The position numbers and the translations under genes were made by a program. Positions 46,568 through 63,927 of a stretch of DNA of 64,000 nt are shown piece after piece (within the stretch, counting starts at the first letter, position 1; each line of letters opens with the position of its first letter). A model generated the notes under the pieces. It searched no databases and was not told the DNA's origin. It worked only from the letters and a program-made list of their open reading frames with translations. The stretch covers positions 11,222,001 through 11,286,000 of the forward strand of contig CP075496.1 of the NCBI GenBank assembly GCA_021613535.1. The letters are read 5' to 3'. This stretch comes from Adineta vaga (lineage: Eukaryota > Animalia > Rotifera).

Positions 46568-46778
46568 ATGTAAGAAATATACTAAAAAGTATGTTCTATA
46601 ACTGATAAAATCCTCGATTGTTTTATGTATATATAAATATATGTGCGCAATGAATTAGAATGAAAAAAGAGCTGAAATAATCGTCGTGTTAAGGTTTTTT
46701 TTGTACGTAAAAAAAGAACGATAAATACAAAAGGAGATGAGAGAAATATATACAGACAGAAAGAAAGCGAACAGTTAT

Positions 46779-49700
46779 TTATAATCCTTGTGAATCATGA
46801 GTAGATAAATAAGGCAGATCAGCAAATAGATGTGTACATAGATAATGAATTAATTGAGAAATCTGAAAGAATGTCACATCAGGTCGTTGTAAATATTCAC
46901 TGTTACAGTGAATAAGTTCGCTTTTAAAATCACTGTATTCATTTGCTGTAGTTGTTACTAAAGATAAATTTGTTAAATTTTGTTTTAATATCAAATTATT
47001 TGCTGATGCTGGATCAGGATGACGATCATTTGGATCAATTCGAATTTTAAATGGTTCATCGGTTAATTGTTCCAATTGTATAATACCAAGTACTTTTACA
47101 AATAAACGAAATCTATCAAGAGAAAAAATACAACGAATGAATTTATTCAATACGATGAAATGATAATTATTTACCTGAGTGAATATTGAGCTTTTTTACC
47201 AATTCCAATAATTGCAAAAATACCTGCATAAGCATATTCTTTATTATCTGTACCCAATGCCAAAAGCCAATGTGCATAATTTCGTATTAAACGTGTTAAC
47301 AAAACATCTGTACTTCGTCCATATTCTAATTGATGAATAATAATTCGATTGATTTTAATCATTACTAAAAGAACACGTTCTTCTTCACCATGAATAATCT
47401 TTAATTTACCATTTGTTAATAATTCGATTAATTTTTCCAAATAATTATATTCATTATTTAGAATTTCATCATTATTAAGTTGTTTATTATGCGTTAATTC
47501 ATATTCAGAAAAAAGATATAGAGTTAAAAATGCATTGTATTCACAACATAATTGTATATAATCATCACTTTTAATATTAATTAATTCTTCATTTTGTTCA
47601 AATAAATGAAATAGAATTGACCAAGTTGGTGTTTGATCATGCATAAAATAAATATAAAGTATTATTTCTAAGAAAAGAATTTTTCGATGACGATCTTTTA
47701 ATGTTCGACATACACTAACAAATAATGATAACATAGTAATCGAATTTTGACTTTGACGTATCCAATCGAGAAAATAATTTTGATAGGAATTTAAAATTGT
47801 TTGTCCTAACGAACTGATATTAAGAAAACGTATTAATTCAATAAATATATCTTCAAGTTCATCATTAATCGATAATTTTCCTTGAATTGTTAATGATTCA
47901 ATATCATTGAGAAGATTTATTAAGATTAAACGATATTCATCTTGATTATGTTGATTTTTTGCATTGATTAAACATTGTTCAATTAAACGAAGATATGATA
48001 AACGTTTCAAACGAATTCGTTCAGTTCCTAATGATGAACCATTGAACTCACAAGCACAACGAAGAATCCTATAAGAAAACTTATCTATAGAAAAACAAAA
48101 CAAATGTTCTTAGTATTCGTTTACAAACCTATTCAAATATCCATCAATAGATGCTCGTGGTGCTAAAATAAAATCATGTTCGATTTTCGACATGATTGAA
48201 TTGATAACATTTAAATAGATATCATCATCTAAATAACTCCAATTGATTAATTCACATTGACTTGCTAAACGACTTAATTGATCATTATTCTAAAAAACAA
48301 AATCGTATAGAAGGAAATGAAATAACATCATTTAATAAACTCTTACTTGTGTATATTTCGATTGTGGACTAAGAAATATATTAATTAATAAACGAAAATA
48401 TATCGGTACTAATGAACGAATGATTTTATCATCATTTTCAATCATCCATGTATGAATATCAATTGTTGAAAGAATATGAATTATAAATTCATATAACGAA
48501 GTCGATGGAATATTTTCAATATTATTTGCATTGATTAATTCATCGAATATTAATAAAGATTCAATAGTTAAACGATAATTTGTCCATGATAAATGTGGTA
48601 AATATCGATGATAGATATCGAGAATTGGATGTGCATATTCATGAATGATTAGACATTTAACAATTTTATACCAATATTGAAATATACAATGAAAAAATTC
48701 TTGTTGATGATGATAAAATTCATTGATATATTCATAGAATTCTTCGTATAATTGTAAGAATGTTTTAATCATTCGTGTTAACATATCACCATGATAATCA
48801 ATAACTGTTTTCCATTCTGTTAATGAAAATAATGAATATGTTTGATCAATAAATGGACCATAGAGTAAAAGAATTTGTTCAAATATTTGACCAATATTAA
48901 AATCATGATGAGTTCGACGTTTTTGTATATTTAAAATAAGCATAATGGAATAAAGACGTGTTAATTCATTTAAACATGGTCGCCAACATTGATATAATTG
49001 AATTAAACGTTTATCATTCTGTTCATCCTACATAGAAGAAAAAAAGAAAAGACATTTCGATGATATACATAGCAAGACTTCATTTGTAAGTTTCTTACAA
49101 TTTGTTTTAAGACAAACGTTTGTAACCAATTAATCATATCATCTATTTGTTGTTTACCTAATGTGATCGATGATGTATTTTCTAAATAATGTAATTGATC
49201 GAGAAATTCGGATAAAACTTTCGTTGGTAAAAGTCCTCGTTCAATCGATTGTTGAAATTCCAATGGAGTTAATGAATTACTTTGTTGTTGAACAATTTTC
49301 TGTTTCTTTCGCATGATTTGAATACTTTCAATCAGATTACGAAATAGATAACCAATCTGTGATGGATAAGAATAATTCAATATTTGAATCATATGTCCAA
49401 TGGAAATATCGAATAATTGACTTGTTTGTTCAATTAATGGTAATTCATCATAACCAGGTGGTGTTTCACGTTTCGAAGCTAGAGTATAATTATCTACTAG
49501 CGAACGAAAATGATTAAATAATGTATCGATAAATAGTATATGTTGATTGGAATTGGACATATTTTCAAACCATTGTTTAACATGAAATTTTCGAAACATT
49601 TGTAATAAATATGGAGTATTTTCAACAAATGTAAACATTTTCGATAATTTATTATAGATATCAATGAATTTTTCTGATTGTATTAAAGAATTTGGATTAA

Positions 49701-52700
49701 AATATGGAATTAGACGTGATATATTTGGACGATTTAATACAATATATTCCAAAATAATTTGTGGTTGACGTAAATTTGATTTCACAAAGATTTCACCTAA
49801 TGTATCATACAAAGAATTTAATTGTTCAGATATTGGTTGCATATAATCATTATAATTCTCATTATAAACAAGTAATAATGAATAAAATAATTGTGTACCA
49901 ATATCAATGATGGTTAACGATTGATTTTCATTTAAAAATGGTGATGATAATTGTCGAGTTAAATATTGAACAATTTGTATGAGAAAATCAATTGAACGAC
50001 ACATATCAATATCACATGAACGACATGCATCTGTTAATAATTGTTTATGTTCATTTAAGATGATTTCAAGACGTTGATTAGAATTTTGACATTGTTGTTT
50101 CGATTTATAACGAACAATAATATATGCAGGACGTGTACATTGATGAACTGGATTTAAAACATTTTGACAAGAAGCTTGAATCGATTGCTAAAAGAAAACA
50201 ACAACAACAACAACAAAAAAAGATAATCAAATGATTTTCCCTATTAAAAAATGCATTACTTCTTGAAATTCATTTTTCCATAATAATGGTAATAGACTCA
50301 TTAATGTTTGATCGAGTTCAATTTGTTTGTCATATCTTTGACAATGTGTTTGTAACCAATTGATAATTTTTGTTAATTCAGATTCAAAGAAAATTTTCAT
50401 TTCATTTATATCATTAGGTAAGACTTGATGATTTGGAACTGAAATTTGTTCATTATTGATAACAGTTACTTTGAAGGTATTCGCTGGACGTTGTACATTA
50501 GAAACAAGATCTCGAAGTTTATCCGATGATGTCATAACTGGACGAAGTTGATTGTTAGATAGACTTGAATTTGTTTCCATAGTCGTTCGTTTTCTTAACC
50601 ATAATTCATTAGTAAATTTAATTAATGTCTCATACATATGTCTCAAATCCACTAATTCAAGCCATTTGATATCAAAAATACGATAATCAGCATTAAATAA
50701 ATGTGCTAAACGTTCATTATCATATTGTTGTGGAAGAGATATAATGTTTAATTGTGGATCATGTAAACGTGGTTCATCAATCCATAATGATAATGAATGA
50801 TAGAATGTTGATAGTTGATTTGCATAGGGTAAATTTGATGATGAAAAATATTCACTTGCTTGACATAGTGAACGTTTCATTTGTTTGAGAAATGTTGTTT
50901 GTGCTGGATTTTCAAATAAACGATGGCCAACACGATGTAAACAATTGTCATGTTTAGATAGATAGATCGTAAAAAATTTTTCCCAAACAAGTGGAAGCAA
51001 AGGATGTGTAACTAGCATTTCACATGCCATAGTACCCCACCGATAGATTGATAGACTAGTTAAAGGAATCAATGGATAATGTCGTTGTTGAATTAATTTC
51101 TGAAAAACAGAACAATGAAATTTAGAGATGATTTTGTTGAAGAGAAATCAAACAAACCTTCCAGATTTGATCAACTTTACTAGTTGTATTTAATTCTAAT
51201 TCAGCTTTTAATTCCACGAGAACATTTTGATCGATTTCAAAGGAATTTTCTGCATTTAAAAAGTAATAACTAACAATGGGATATCGAGAGAAGAGATGAA
51301 TCAATTGATAGTGATGACCAATATGTTTGCGTTGATGTTACAGATGATGGTAAAGGTATCCAAGATAGGAATCCTGTTCGTGTTACTTGTTGAGTTTGTC
51401 GTGGATTGAGTGCCGACTAAATCGAAAGTAGATAAGAAATTTGTCCAATATTTAGCAAATATGATGAATACATACCACAGCTAATTCAAATAAATGATCA
51501 GTAACTTCTTTATTCATTACATCATGTACAAATGAATGTGCAAGAAGATTATCAAGAACATATAGAATTGAACTGAAATAAAAATTCGGTTTTTTTTTCT
51601 GTTAGAAAAACGTCTCTTGATCATGATTTTTACCTATCTTTATTCCAATCTTTTAAAGCTGTTAACAATTTAAACCATAGGAGTAAAACTAGACGACGAG
51701 ATTTTGGATTATCTTCAAGCCAAATAAGTAAATCAAATATTGCAGCTGTTAATAATTTTGCATTAGTTGTTTCATCTGAAATTCTTTGTTGAATAAGATA
51801 AGAAGATGCTGTTTTTAATAGAGATATCGATGTATCAGATGCATTTAATAATGTTTTTAATGTTGTCATAAAACTAAATAAAATCAATAGAAAAAATCGA
51901 GAAAAATCAATGATTTGAATACATACGATGTATGTTCAATTAGATAATCAACACTTCGTACTAATATACCGGACATATCATGTAGAATGCGAATAGCTGC
52001 AGAATATTTATTAAGTTGTACAAGTTGAGATAAATATTCAATTCCTTTTTCAAAGAAACCAGCAGCACTAAATAGAATAAAGCTCAAAATACAGTATTTT
52101 CTTGATTCTATTCAATGTAACTCACCTAACACCTGGTTGATCGAGACCAAATGAAATGTAATACGCAACTGGATTATGATAATGTTCAATAGCACGTCCA
52201 ATATCATTAATAGCTTCATCGGACATTCCATTATCAGTTGAAAAATGATTATCCGTTCGATTAATACTGGCAATATGTTCTTGATTCATACTATCAATAA
52301 ATGAATCAACTGAAAGACAAGATTGATTTAATTGTAAACGAAGTATAGCTGTCCATATCCATTGATCAAGATTAATTTGTGTACTTTTTATAAAATTTTG
52401 AAGCTAAAAAATAAGAAGATTCCATTATTACGAACAATGCTTCTGATACACAACATGTTTATTTTACCTGTAATTGATTTTCTTTCGATGCTGATGCTTT
52501 ATCGCAATATTTCAAATGTAATTTTAGTAAAATTAATGCAATTTCACAATGAATTGTATATGCTATACAAAGCTGTGGTTTATCAGGTAAATCTTGCCAA
52601 TTCATAGTATCAATTAAATGAAGTCCTAATTGAAATGCAATGGATGATTGTGATATGTCATCAAGCCATTTTTCAACAATTGATAGATCACTATCACTTG

Positions 52701-55700
52701 GCATCCATATTTCCATTGGTAATGAACGAAAAAGTCCGAAGAGAACTTTTCCAACAGCATCAATATGCGTTGATGCTAATTTCAATAGATGACTTATAAT
52801 CACTGGTCGTAAGGAAGCAAAATGTGCTAGGATAGAACGACCATCACGTAATGAATATTCACGTGAAATAGGATGCAAACAAGTAATATAGAAAATAACA
52901 TTAGAGATTTGTCCTGATTCATCACCTGTTTGTCCAAGATTATGAAGAACTTTCAGAAGAGATAATACTTCACTTGGTGTCGAAGAATTCAACATTTGAT
53001 CAACAGCAGCACTTGTTTCAACTAAAAAGAGGCAAACAAAATCTTCGATGAAAAAAATGATCTAAATACTTCAATACCTGTAACAGATTCATCATCTGAT
53101 ATCGAACAAATCAAATGGAGTAGACGATTTTGTAATGATGATGGAAGATCAAACAATGCAAATAATGATAATAAACTCCATCGAACATTTCTGTTCAAAA
53201 GAAGAAAAATAAACCAGATGATTGATTGAAAAAAGAAAAGTTCTCTTCGATATGATTATTACCTGCATTGTCGAATGATATTTTCTACTGATCGATAAAT
53301 ATATGCAAAATAATGATCACGTAAACGTATTCGATCATCATTATTCAAATGTTGTAAAACACCATCAACATGATATCGACAAACATGAACACAATCTCTA
53401 AAACAATAAAATTCATTCTAGTCTACAAAAATATGACGAGAAAAAAAGATCAACACACCTGATCATTTTACCAATATGTTTATGAAAGTTTTTATATTGT
53501 GAATCAGCATAAGTATCAAAACCTCGACAAAGTATTTCCACAAATAAATCCAATATTGCTAATATTCGTACAGTATTATCATAAGTTACATAATGCTGTT
53601 TTTGATTCGCTTGTTCATTCAAACTAAAAAGTACATTCATTAAATAATTTAAATTAAATTGATTTAATAATGCAATTAAATCATCTTCATTCAATGTATC
53701 CCATCGTAATAATGCTGCACGTTCTTGACCATCAGCATCAATTAACATCCATTGCTGTTGATTTGTTGTTGTTGTTGTTGCCGCCGTTATTAATGTAGAA
53801 GCTTGAGGAATAGTTTCACCATTTTCACCTAACCAATTCTGTAAGAATATATCACGATTTTTGATTGGAAAGAGAAGTGTAGCAAGAAAATGTGCAATAT
53901 AACGTATGTACATTGGTGAACAAAGAATTTCAAATGATGTAGGTAATAGAAATCGTACAAAATTGGTTGCCCATTGATGAATACCTGGTGGACATCTTAG
54001 AACATGATTGATAATAAATAATGTTTCATTATAATTTCCATATTTATACACAATATCAATCGTTTGTTTTAATAATTGTCTTGTATATGAATAAAAGAGA
54101 CTATCACGCGTACGATAACGTTGAAAATTGAAAAGAATTTCAATCGTATGCAAAAGTTTTTTTGTTGTTTTATTTAATGATAATAAACTAGTGATATAAA
54201 TATCGATTTTCATTTTATACCAAAGTGTTTCATATTTTAATGCAACATATTGTTGATAGATAATCGTACGTAATTGTCTTAATGTATCTTCGATTTCTTT
54301 AGCTAGATTACGATCGAAATTAGCTTGTTCGTAGAGAATGGAACGTTTTAAATAAACATTATCACCACAATAGGACCCTGATTCGATTTTTTCATAAGAA
54401 AATGACCAAACATGTGGTAATAATGAAGCTATTTTTCGTTGTAAAACATCGTATTCATTAGTTAATTGATCGATCTTTGTTCTTATATCATAAAATGAAG
54501 AAATTAAAAAATAAAATTCATCATCATCCTCAATAGAATTATTCTCATCTGTTTCTTCTTTGGTTATCAATGAACGATAACGTGGATTATCGGTAATTAA
54601 TTTTTCATGTTCACTAAGAAAATATTCGTCGGTAATGTTAATAAATGGTAAATAAGTTTGCCGTAATTCCATTTGAAGAAGAGATGGTTTGAAATTTTCA
54701 CTAGAATATGGATCTTGAACGGATGTGGTTGTTTCACTATCGACGGAAGATAGAGGCGCCGTTGCTGGAGACCATAAAGTTAAGGATAAACGTGGATAGA
54801 TAAATGCAGAATTTTCATAGTTATTTAATGTTGATGGAGATACTTCTCCAGTTGAATGACTAGTTGCAATTATCTCTTGCTGTTCTTCAGTTGATTCGAG
54901 TGGCTAGAGAAAGAAACATGAATAAAAAAAAGATTATTCAACTAAATCAAATATGTATCAAATTCTTAAGATGATAACTTAACCTTTTTCTTTAAAAATC
55001 TTTATTCTCATGTAAAAATGATTTAATGAAAGAGTATTGATTTGATTAGATAAATGTTATAGAATAATCTATTCTCTTTGTTTAATATCATGAAGTAAGA
55101 TAGACTTGCTAAGTCTATCCCTCACTGCATTTCATCACAAGGTCAATTGAAATCTATTATTTCATCTGACTCACTTCTAGACTTTTAAACCCGTTGCTTT
55201 CAATGTGTAAAACTATTTTTACTGCAAAAATCTTTAAACAGATATCAATTGACTGAAGTACGACGAAGAGAATGGTGACTCTACATATGCTCCAAATCGT
55301 TGGATTATAGATACATACAGTTGTATTGTTGATTGTTTCGTTATCATTGTTTGTTATCAATGGTTCACTAGTTTCTTCGATAACTGATGCATGATCTGTT
55401 TCAAGAGGTGATAGTTCTTCTACATTATTTTCAACATTTGTACTAATTTCGTCTTTTAATTGTTCGGATTCAATTTGCTTTTCACTTGTGATAGGTTCTG
55501 CATTCGTTGTAGATTCAGTGTGACTTAGATCCGTTGTTATCAGATTTTCTTCATTATCATTCGAGATGATGTCGATATTAGAATTATCATCATCAACCAA
55601 TTCATCAGCAGTTTGATTCTTAAGTTAAAAAAACACGATATGTCTATTTCCCATAAAATAACTTCATTTCTAAATGATTACCTTTCTCTCTTCAAAGAAT

Positions 55701-55884
55701 TCCTTTAAACCACGTATGCGATCTTCCAATTGTGATTCTTCATCTTCTACAGTTGTTTCTTTCACTTGTTTCTATAACAAACAAAAAAAACAGATCTTTC
55801 GTAAATAGAAAAACCATAAAGATCATTTTTTTCACGTTTTCCTACCTTGTCGGGACGTATTCGAGGACGTTCTAATTCAGCCAT
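46779..55884 (-). CDS. EPG5: Ectopic P-granules autophagy protein 5
   Basis: Large multi-exon ORF set with VLRCPPGIHQWA, WMLIDADG, LNEDDLIALLNQF, SIYRW, HPLLPLVWEKFF, LWIDEPRL and GIGKKAQYS. Starts MAELERPRIRPDK at 55884. Confidence 0.88.
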
Positions 55885-57289
55885 TAAAAAATATATATAT
55901 ATTGCAATATCTAAAATAAATGATGTTTGACTTTATTTCTCATGTGACTTTAACAATTTAAATCGTAGTTAGATCGTTTACGGATAAAGTGTCATTCTTT
56001 AGACGGAATAAAATACCAATGTGATAGGATAGAGCAAGCAGCTGACAAAGTACGTTTCCATTGGTTGATACTAACCAATAGAACACGGGCGCTATGAAGC
56101 AAGAAGTGTTTTTTCTTAGAAGAATTTGTTTATTGATTAAATAACGACATATATTCACTAAATAATCCGTTGTGAAGATAAAAAAGGAAAACAATATTTT
56201 ATTCGTTCATTCATTCGTTGTCGCTGTTTGTTCTGTTGTTATTGTTGTTGTTGTTTTTTTTGCTATTACTGACGTGATCGTGATGTCATTTTTCCCATGT
56301 TTCAATAAGGAGCAGAAAAAGAAAACATATTGAGAATTAATTATCGTAAAATTTCATTAGTAATTTGAAACATAAGTCAATAGACGTAGTCAAGTATTTC
56401 TCTATTTCATTTAGATTTGTTTTTATTCTGCGTCTGCAACGATTTCAATGGCAGAAAAAAAGATTTCGTCGAGTAAAAAGTAAGTGCTTCTCATTGAAAT
56501 AAAACAATAAAGATATGAGTGGAGGTAATTTTTTTTTCATCGTTGAAATAGAATTAAATATTTCTTTATTAAAAACGTGGAAGAAATACAAGTGACTACT
56601 GTTGAGGTAGATGTTATTCGGTGGATTAATCATTTCTTATCGGTTTCTATTGACTTTATGATTAGTATATAATGTTATGTGAAAAATGAGATCAATGTCC
56701 AATCTATTTCATGAAAATCTCAGTAGTCTTTAACTTCCTTCTTTTATCGTCATTTTATTTTGAAATATGAATCATAAATGGAAATAAGATGACGAGAAAT
56801 AATGATGTTTTTAGTACGTAGGATTTTCTTTTGTATGATCGACCTTATATTTGTAAGTATGTTCAAGGTTCTTCATGATTCATAAATACAAAACAGTTTA
56901 GTCAGTTAGGAACAAGAACGAATCAGACTGCGAGGTAAAGACGTCAATACATATGATCAACATTCGATACTCGACGAGAAAAAGAGTAGGGGTAGATCGA
57001 AGTAAACTAAAGTCTATATATATAACTCACGTTGTCGATGCATGTCGACGGTGTGCGTCATGCATATTTGATTACTATATGTGTACATAAATATCAGGTT
57101 AGTCCATATTGAAATGAAAGATCAAATATGCTGATCACATCGTAGTCATGTTCGTCGAGTGTATTGATATGAGAATGTGAATATACGCCATATGATGTTT
57201 TATCAATCTCATGTGTGCAGCAGTTTCTTTCTTTTTCATATTTTTTTCAATAAGTATTCTACAAATTCAAGATAGATATATAAATTAAA
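55885..57289. promoter_or_regulatory. Divergent promoter region between EPG5 and MAPKAPK2
   Basis: The two genes are head-to-head. M-box/CLEAR-like TCATGTGAC at 55940-55948, inverted CCAAT pair at 56060-56079, CRE-like TGACGT at ~56270 and GACGTCA at ~56940. Confidence 0.5.
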
Positions 57290-59423
<2,134 letters not shown>

Positions 59424-59738
59424 GAGATTTTCTTTCGCATTCTCTTTTTTTTATTTTTGTTATATGAAATCATTTGCTGTGTTAATCTTTCTTAGCATTG
59501 TATAATCATCTTCATAATGGAGATGAGTATTAACTCTTTGTATCTTTTGTCTTGTTCGATTGATCAAGCAACTTGTATCAGTTCTAAACAATAGTGTGTT
59601 AACGTCTTTGTCGATTCGTTCATTTTCTTCCTCTCTCTCTATATTTTAGAGATACATGTCGAATTAAGTACATATATCTTCGTAGGAAAAAAAAAGAAAT
59701 AAACGTTTGTATCTATGCGTATTTGCACTCATTTTTAG

Positions 59739-60291
59739 ATGCTAATTGATATCAAAATACTTAACAATCCAGCATTAGGCGAAATTCAACTTGAAGTAAG
59801 ATATGTTAACTCGATGAATAGTTTTTCTTTTTGTAAACAACGATTGTAATCACAGGTAGCACCAAGTGATACAATTCAAGAAATAAAATCTCGTCTGTCT
59901 AATCAATTAAATATTCCTATTAATCAACAAAAATTAGTTCTGAAAGGTAAACCTTTACATAGTGGATCATTAGAAGATTGCCATATAGTCGATGGTTCAA
60001 AATTACATTTAATTTTATCATCAAATTCTTCGTCAATACCGACGAAATCAATAGATAGTGCATTTATTAGTGAACTCAAAATCTTAGCTTCCAAATGGCT
60101 TCCAAATCCACAAGAACGTGAAGCATTTGTAAACGCTTTTCAAAACGTAATAATAGAAAGAAGTGATCAATTATCATTCAATTTGTTCTTTTTCTTTCGT
60201 ATATTTCTAGGAAATGAAGAATACAATTGATCATCTAAGTTTAGATGATATCGAAAAATTATGTACCGATCGATTAAATCCTTCATCTTGA
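59739..60291 (+). CDS. UBL4A: Ubiquitin-like protein 4A (Get5 homologue)
   Basis: Ubiquitin fold (IPINQQKLVLKGKPL) plus the C-terminal LSLDDIEKL motif. Three exons. Confidence 0.85.
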
Positions 60292-60398
60292 CGATGTATC
60301 ATAAAGATTTTTTTCTCTTCATTTGAAAACAATAAAATTATACGGATTGAATTGTTGTTTTGTTTACTGTACAAACAATTCTTGTAAATTTGTAGATA

Positions 60399-62894
60399 AT
60401 GCGTTCAGATGGTGTATTGTATTTTGACATGGATATGAAAATCTTTCAAAAGAAAGTATACAACTTTCTCGGTAGGAAAAAGTGAATAGAAAAAGAAATG
60501 ACTTTTATTCGCATTCTTTTTCCTAGAACGACCAAGTCGTGGATGGATTTGTTTTGCCTATCATTTCATGGTGTAAGTAAGTATCTTAAAAGAAAGAAAA
60601 TTTTCATATATAATGTTAAAAAAATGAGCATGAATAAAAAACAAATACTTAAAACCTTTTTCTAGTACAAAACTCCAACTAATATTTGTAAGTTAATGAT
60701 TTTGTATGAGAATGGTTTTTGTAACTTCTTTGCATGTTTGTCTAGTCTTGCTATTCTTATTGATTTTAAACTAAAATTCAATATTAACAGCTATTTGAAT
60801 ATACATATTCGATTTTCATTTTCATTTTTAGGTTTCTCATTGTTCTGTTTTGTTTGATTATCGGAGTTGTTTGTACGATAAGTGAATATGAGGAGAAAAT
60901 TACACAACAATTTATCTATGTGGTATAGTTTTTATTTTGTGTCGAAATCATTGGAGAAGTATAATTATTTTAGGAATCTGTTTTGTTAATTTTCTTTGCA
61001 TCGGAATATGGAATTCGTGTTTGGTCAGCGGGTTGTCGAGCAAAATTTAAAGGATGGATTGGAAGATTGCATTTTATGAGAACACCAATCAGTTTAATTG
61101 ATCTATTTGTTGTTTTGGCTTCATCGGTTGTCATCGGGTTTCATATATCTGGTCGTATTGATTCAGCGAATCCAGGTATGATCATTTATTTCAATAATAA
61201 ATCAGATAAAAGTCATCAGATTTCGTCTTCTAGTTATGGCAGCATCACCCGCACTTAGGTAAAGATATTTCAATGAATATCGTCAAAAAAATTTCTATTA
61301 TTTTTTATTTTTTCTTTCCAAAAGAATAATACGTTTTTTTCAAATTTTACGTATGTTACATGTTGATCGTAAAGCACATTCGTGGAAATTACTTCTCAAT
61401 GTTGCATATTTACATCGAATTGAATTAATAACAACAATGTATATGGGTTTTATTGTTCTTATTGTTACATCTTATCTAGTTTATTTGGCTGAACGAGATT
61501 ATATTAAAGAAGGAGTGAAACCATTCGAATCGTATGCAGATGCACTTTGGTTCGGTATCGTTACTGGTAAGCTACGGTTTTTTTAAATGAGCAGAAAACA
61601 TCTGATGGAGATTATTTAGTGGCAACTATTGGATATGGAGATCGTGTTCCTCATACTTGTAAGTAGAAAAAAAACAAAATGAAATAAGGTTTCATTATCG
61701 AATTCTTTTGGAAACTTAAAAAGGGACTGGACGAATTATTACTGCATGTTTATCGATGATTGGTATTGCATTTTTTAGTTTACCAGCTGTAAGTAAATGA
61801 TGTAATCAATGAAATAATCTCATTCATTTTTATTTTCAGGGCATTTTAGGTTTGTACGTTGATGCGTGATCTATAAATCGATATTTGTTCTATTCAAGGA
61901 TCTGGTTTTGCCTTACATGTTCAACAAAAAGAAAAACAAAAACTGTTTCATAAACAATATCCAGCTGCAGCACAATTGATTCAAACAGCATGGCGTATGC
62001 ATGCAACCAGTCGGTTACATCAAGATAATGCAACATGGCGCCTGTATAGACTTGTAGATCCAACTTTTGGTAAACATAGAGTTTTGTAGATATTAAATAT
62101 AACGAAGAAATTCATTTATCTAGCAGAAAAAATGTTATCAAGATCACGTGATAGTTCCATAATTCGACGTCGACCTGTTGTACAACATTCTGGTAATTAT
62201 CGACTGTTATAAAACAAATATTCAATAGATTTCTTTTGTTCTATTTGACAGGTGATGTTAATTCAACGCCCGAAAATGTACCACTAACGTACAAAATCGG
62301 AACGGATGAGTAAGATTTTGTTTCTAGATTGAGTCATAGATAAAATATCATTCTATGTTATTAAAAGATTACCAGAAAAATTCAAACAAGCAATTCGAGT
62401 GATGCGACGAATGAAATTTTTTGTTGCACGTCGAAAATTTCAAGTATATTGAAATTTAATTATTTCCTTAATTCAATTTAAATTCTATAGGAAGCAAGAA
62501 AACCAAGTGATATGACTGAACTTGTTAAACAAACAGCTGAAGATAATCAAGCATTGATGAATAAATTAAAAGATATTCACCGAAAGTAAATCATCAAAAA
62601 AAAACCTAAAACTATATTAATCATAAATGTTCTTTTAGACTTGATTCAACACTTGGTTCGGCTCCAACATCTCGAGATAATACGATGTCATCACGTCATA
62701 CTAATCCAACACAAACTCTATCAAGATATCGATCAAATCGTTCATCCACAAATTCTCGTACGGGTCAAGTTACAATTCTTGAACATTTCCAAATGTTTAA
62801 TGAACGCTTAACATCAGTTGAACAACAAATGCATTCCATGACAAATCTATTACAACGTATAGACGATCGAATGAATCAATCAAATGTAACTTGA
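60399..62894 (+). CDS. KCNQ: KCNQ (Kv7) voltage-gated potassium channel, KCNQ1-like S4
   Basis: [76 protein letters not shown] and [14 protein letters not shown]. Confidence 0.93.
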
Positions 62895-63237
62895 ATGATA
62901 AACAAATGAAACATTTCTTTTCTTGTACTTTCTTCTTGTTTCGTGATGTCTGATATTTTACAGCCAATTTCCGATATTGTTTTCATTATGTTTTACCACT
63001 ATTCTAGTCTAGCCTAGTCTTTAAATAAAACAAGTCAATGTATATTATCAGAAAAAAGCAACATCTCGATCATATTCACTAAAAAACCTCAGAACAGTTG
63101 AAATAAGATGAATTGTCGAGAAATATATGCTATGGTTTTATTAATAATGTTCTGTTCTTCTTCCCGTCAATCGGGTTTTTTTTATTATCTAAAAAAGAAA
63201 ACGTTAGAAATAACATAAACTACAAGAAAAAATGAGT

Positions 63238-63927
63238 CTAGGGTTGAGTGGTCAATCTTCGAATATAATGTTCATAGCTTGGTTCTCGTGATCGAAATTC
63301 GCGAAATAGTTCACGCATACTAACTGTACCGCCACGTGCCAGAATTGTATCACGAAATCTTGAAAAAGAAATTAAATCATTTGAAAAAGAGATTCATTTT
63401 TCTTTCATATCTTACTTCTTTCCAAGTACTGCTATTTTTTCTTTATCATTCATTCCTACTTCTTTAAAAGCATTGAATAAATCACATGCAATCATTTCTG
63501 ACCATTTATGTGAATAATAAGCTGATGCTAATTGTTCACAATAAATTTGTTCAAAACTACATGGATGAAAATCACGATTATGTAATGGTACAGATGTAAA
63601 TAATGGCCATAATTTCACCATTGCATCATAATAATTCGTTGCATTTGAATGAATTTCCAGATCAAATGCACTTAAATATAATTGTCGAAGAATATCGTGT
63701 GTAATCATATGTTGATCGATCTGATTCAAAGCACGATTATAGGTAGAAGGATCTAAACTTGTTTTTGTTTCGACATTTTCACTAATATATGAAAGAATAG
63801 TTGAATCACGAAGACATTGAATAAGAAAATGTGGAACAATATCAAGAGCATCAGTTTCGAGATTACGCATGCCAGCTAATTCATGATTTGGAGATTGAGT
63901 AAGAAGAACTTGAAGAACACGACCAAA
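63238..63927 (-). CDS. Oligopeptidase A-like M3 peptidase, 3' exons only (gene continues beyond the window); probably catalytically inactive
   Basis: LRQLYLSAFDLEIH, HPCSFEQIY, AYYSHKWSEMIACDLFNAF and FRDTILARGG..FREFRSREP. Confidence 0.85.
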
